From NCBI GenBank assembly GCA_038861545.1, contig JAWCCZ010000003.1, positions 96,001-160,000 on the forward strand: DNA of 64,000 nt, read 5' to 3'. Of the stretch, positions 63,555 to 64,000 are shown piece by piece (within the stretch, counting starts at the first letter, position 1; each line of letters begins with the position of its first letter). The position numbers were made by a program, and so were the translations under genes. The notes below the pieces were generated by a model, which was not told the origin of the DNA, ran no database searches, and worked only from the letters and a program-made list of their open reading frames with translations. Source of the stretch: Thermofilaceae archaeon (lineage in GTDB: Archaea; Thermoproteota; Thermoprotei; Thermofilales; Thermofilaceae).

Positions 63555-63998
63555 AATTTTAGGCATTACTATAGCACCGTCTACCCCCTCCAATACAGTC
63601 GCCTCGCCTTTCAAATACAACAGACCAACATAGGCTGCAGTGACGGCGTCAAGCTCGTCACCAGTTTGAGTATCGGTTAATCCTTTGATTCCTAGGGCCT
63701 CAAGGCCATTCTTTAGTTTTTCTAACCCCATACCCTTCCGGGGAATTCCTAACAAGTCCTGAGCTCCACCTGGATAAACTTCGATTACTATGAACCCGTA
63801 AGCTTCGAGAACGTTCTTAAGTCTGATCCCTCTAATGGTCAGAATTCTCATAGGTCCTAAGGTTACCGGGAAGAACCTGATACCCATCGCGAGCATAGTT
63901 TTATCGCATTCCCTCAGATGCGGGCCCCCAGCGTCGTTGATCCCTTTACGTCCATAAGGAATTGAGAGCGGGGCGTCAACTGCAACTACGTCAGGCGA
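63495..63998 (-). CDS. DUF429-like (RNase H-fold) protein, 5' end beyond the window
   Basis: Frame is open to the window edge: VAVDAPLS...RECD, IEVYPG, DELDAVTAA. Confidence 0.82.
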   Translation of the reverse strand, partial: SPDVVAVDAPLSIPYGRKGINDAGGPHLRECDKTMLAMGIRFFPVTLGPMRILTIRGIRLKNVLEAYGFIVIEVYPGGAQDLLGIPRKGMGLEKLKNGLEALGIKGLTDTQTGDELDAVTAAYVGLLYLKGEATVLEGVDGAIVMPKISLEYFKQSRKNIARFNFRK

Positions 63999-64000
63999 TG

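Overview
Core-genome window of an archaeon of the Thermoproteota (TACK), most like the Thermofilales/Thermoproteales. The assignment rests on unsplit rpoB, split rpoA, fragmented ribosomal operons, intron-bearing tRNAs, GINS15 in the priSL/PCNA cluster, and tes. It is an inference from gene content, not a database result. The window is densely coding: ribosomal proteins, RNA polymerase and transcription factors, replication genes (PCNA, priL, priS, GINS15, TopA), tRNA/rRNA modification, ether-lipid synthesis (mvk, DGGGP synthase, tes), N-glycosylation (aglB) and central metabolism (ppsA, eno, pncB, biotin carboxylase). It holds five tRNA genes, four with BHB/BHL introns. I saw no CRISPR array, transposase, integrase or rRNA. 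Best leads: (1) a 3-TM protein resembling the eukaryotic oligosaccharyltransferase subunit OSTC/DC2 (OST3/OST6 family), about 1.3 kb from aglB, heading an operon with a degenerate RadB-like ATPase and an RNase H-fold protein; (2) an inverted, partly synonymously diverged copy of pncB coding sequence just downstream of pncB, including a perfect 24-nt complement; (3) four unannotated box C/D sRNA candidates; (4) a PhoH-KH-KH protein translationally coupled to TopA, beside an ASCH-HTH fusion; (5) a missed 57-aa zinc-ribbon gene, a homopolymer frameshift in the 2H phosphoesterase, and re-wired alpha/str operons with rpoN inverted.
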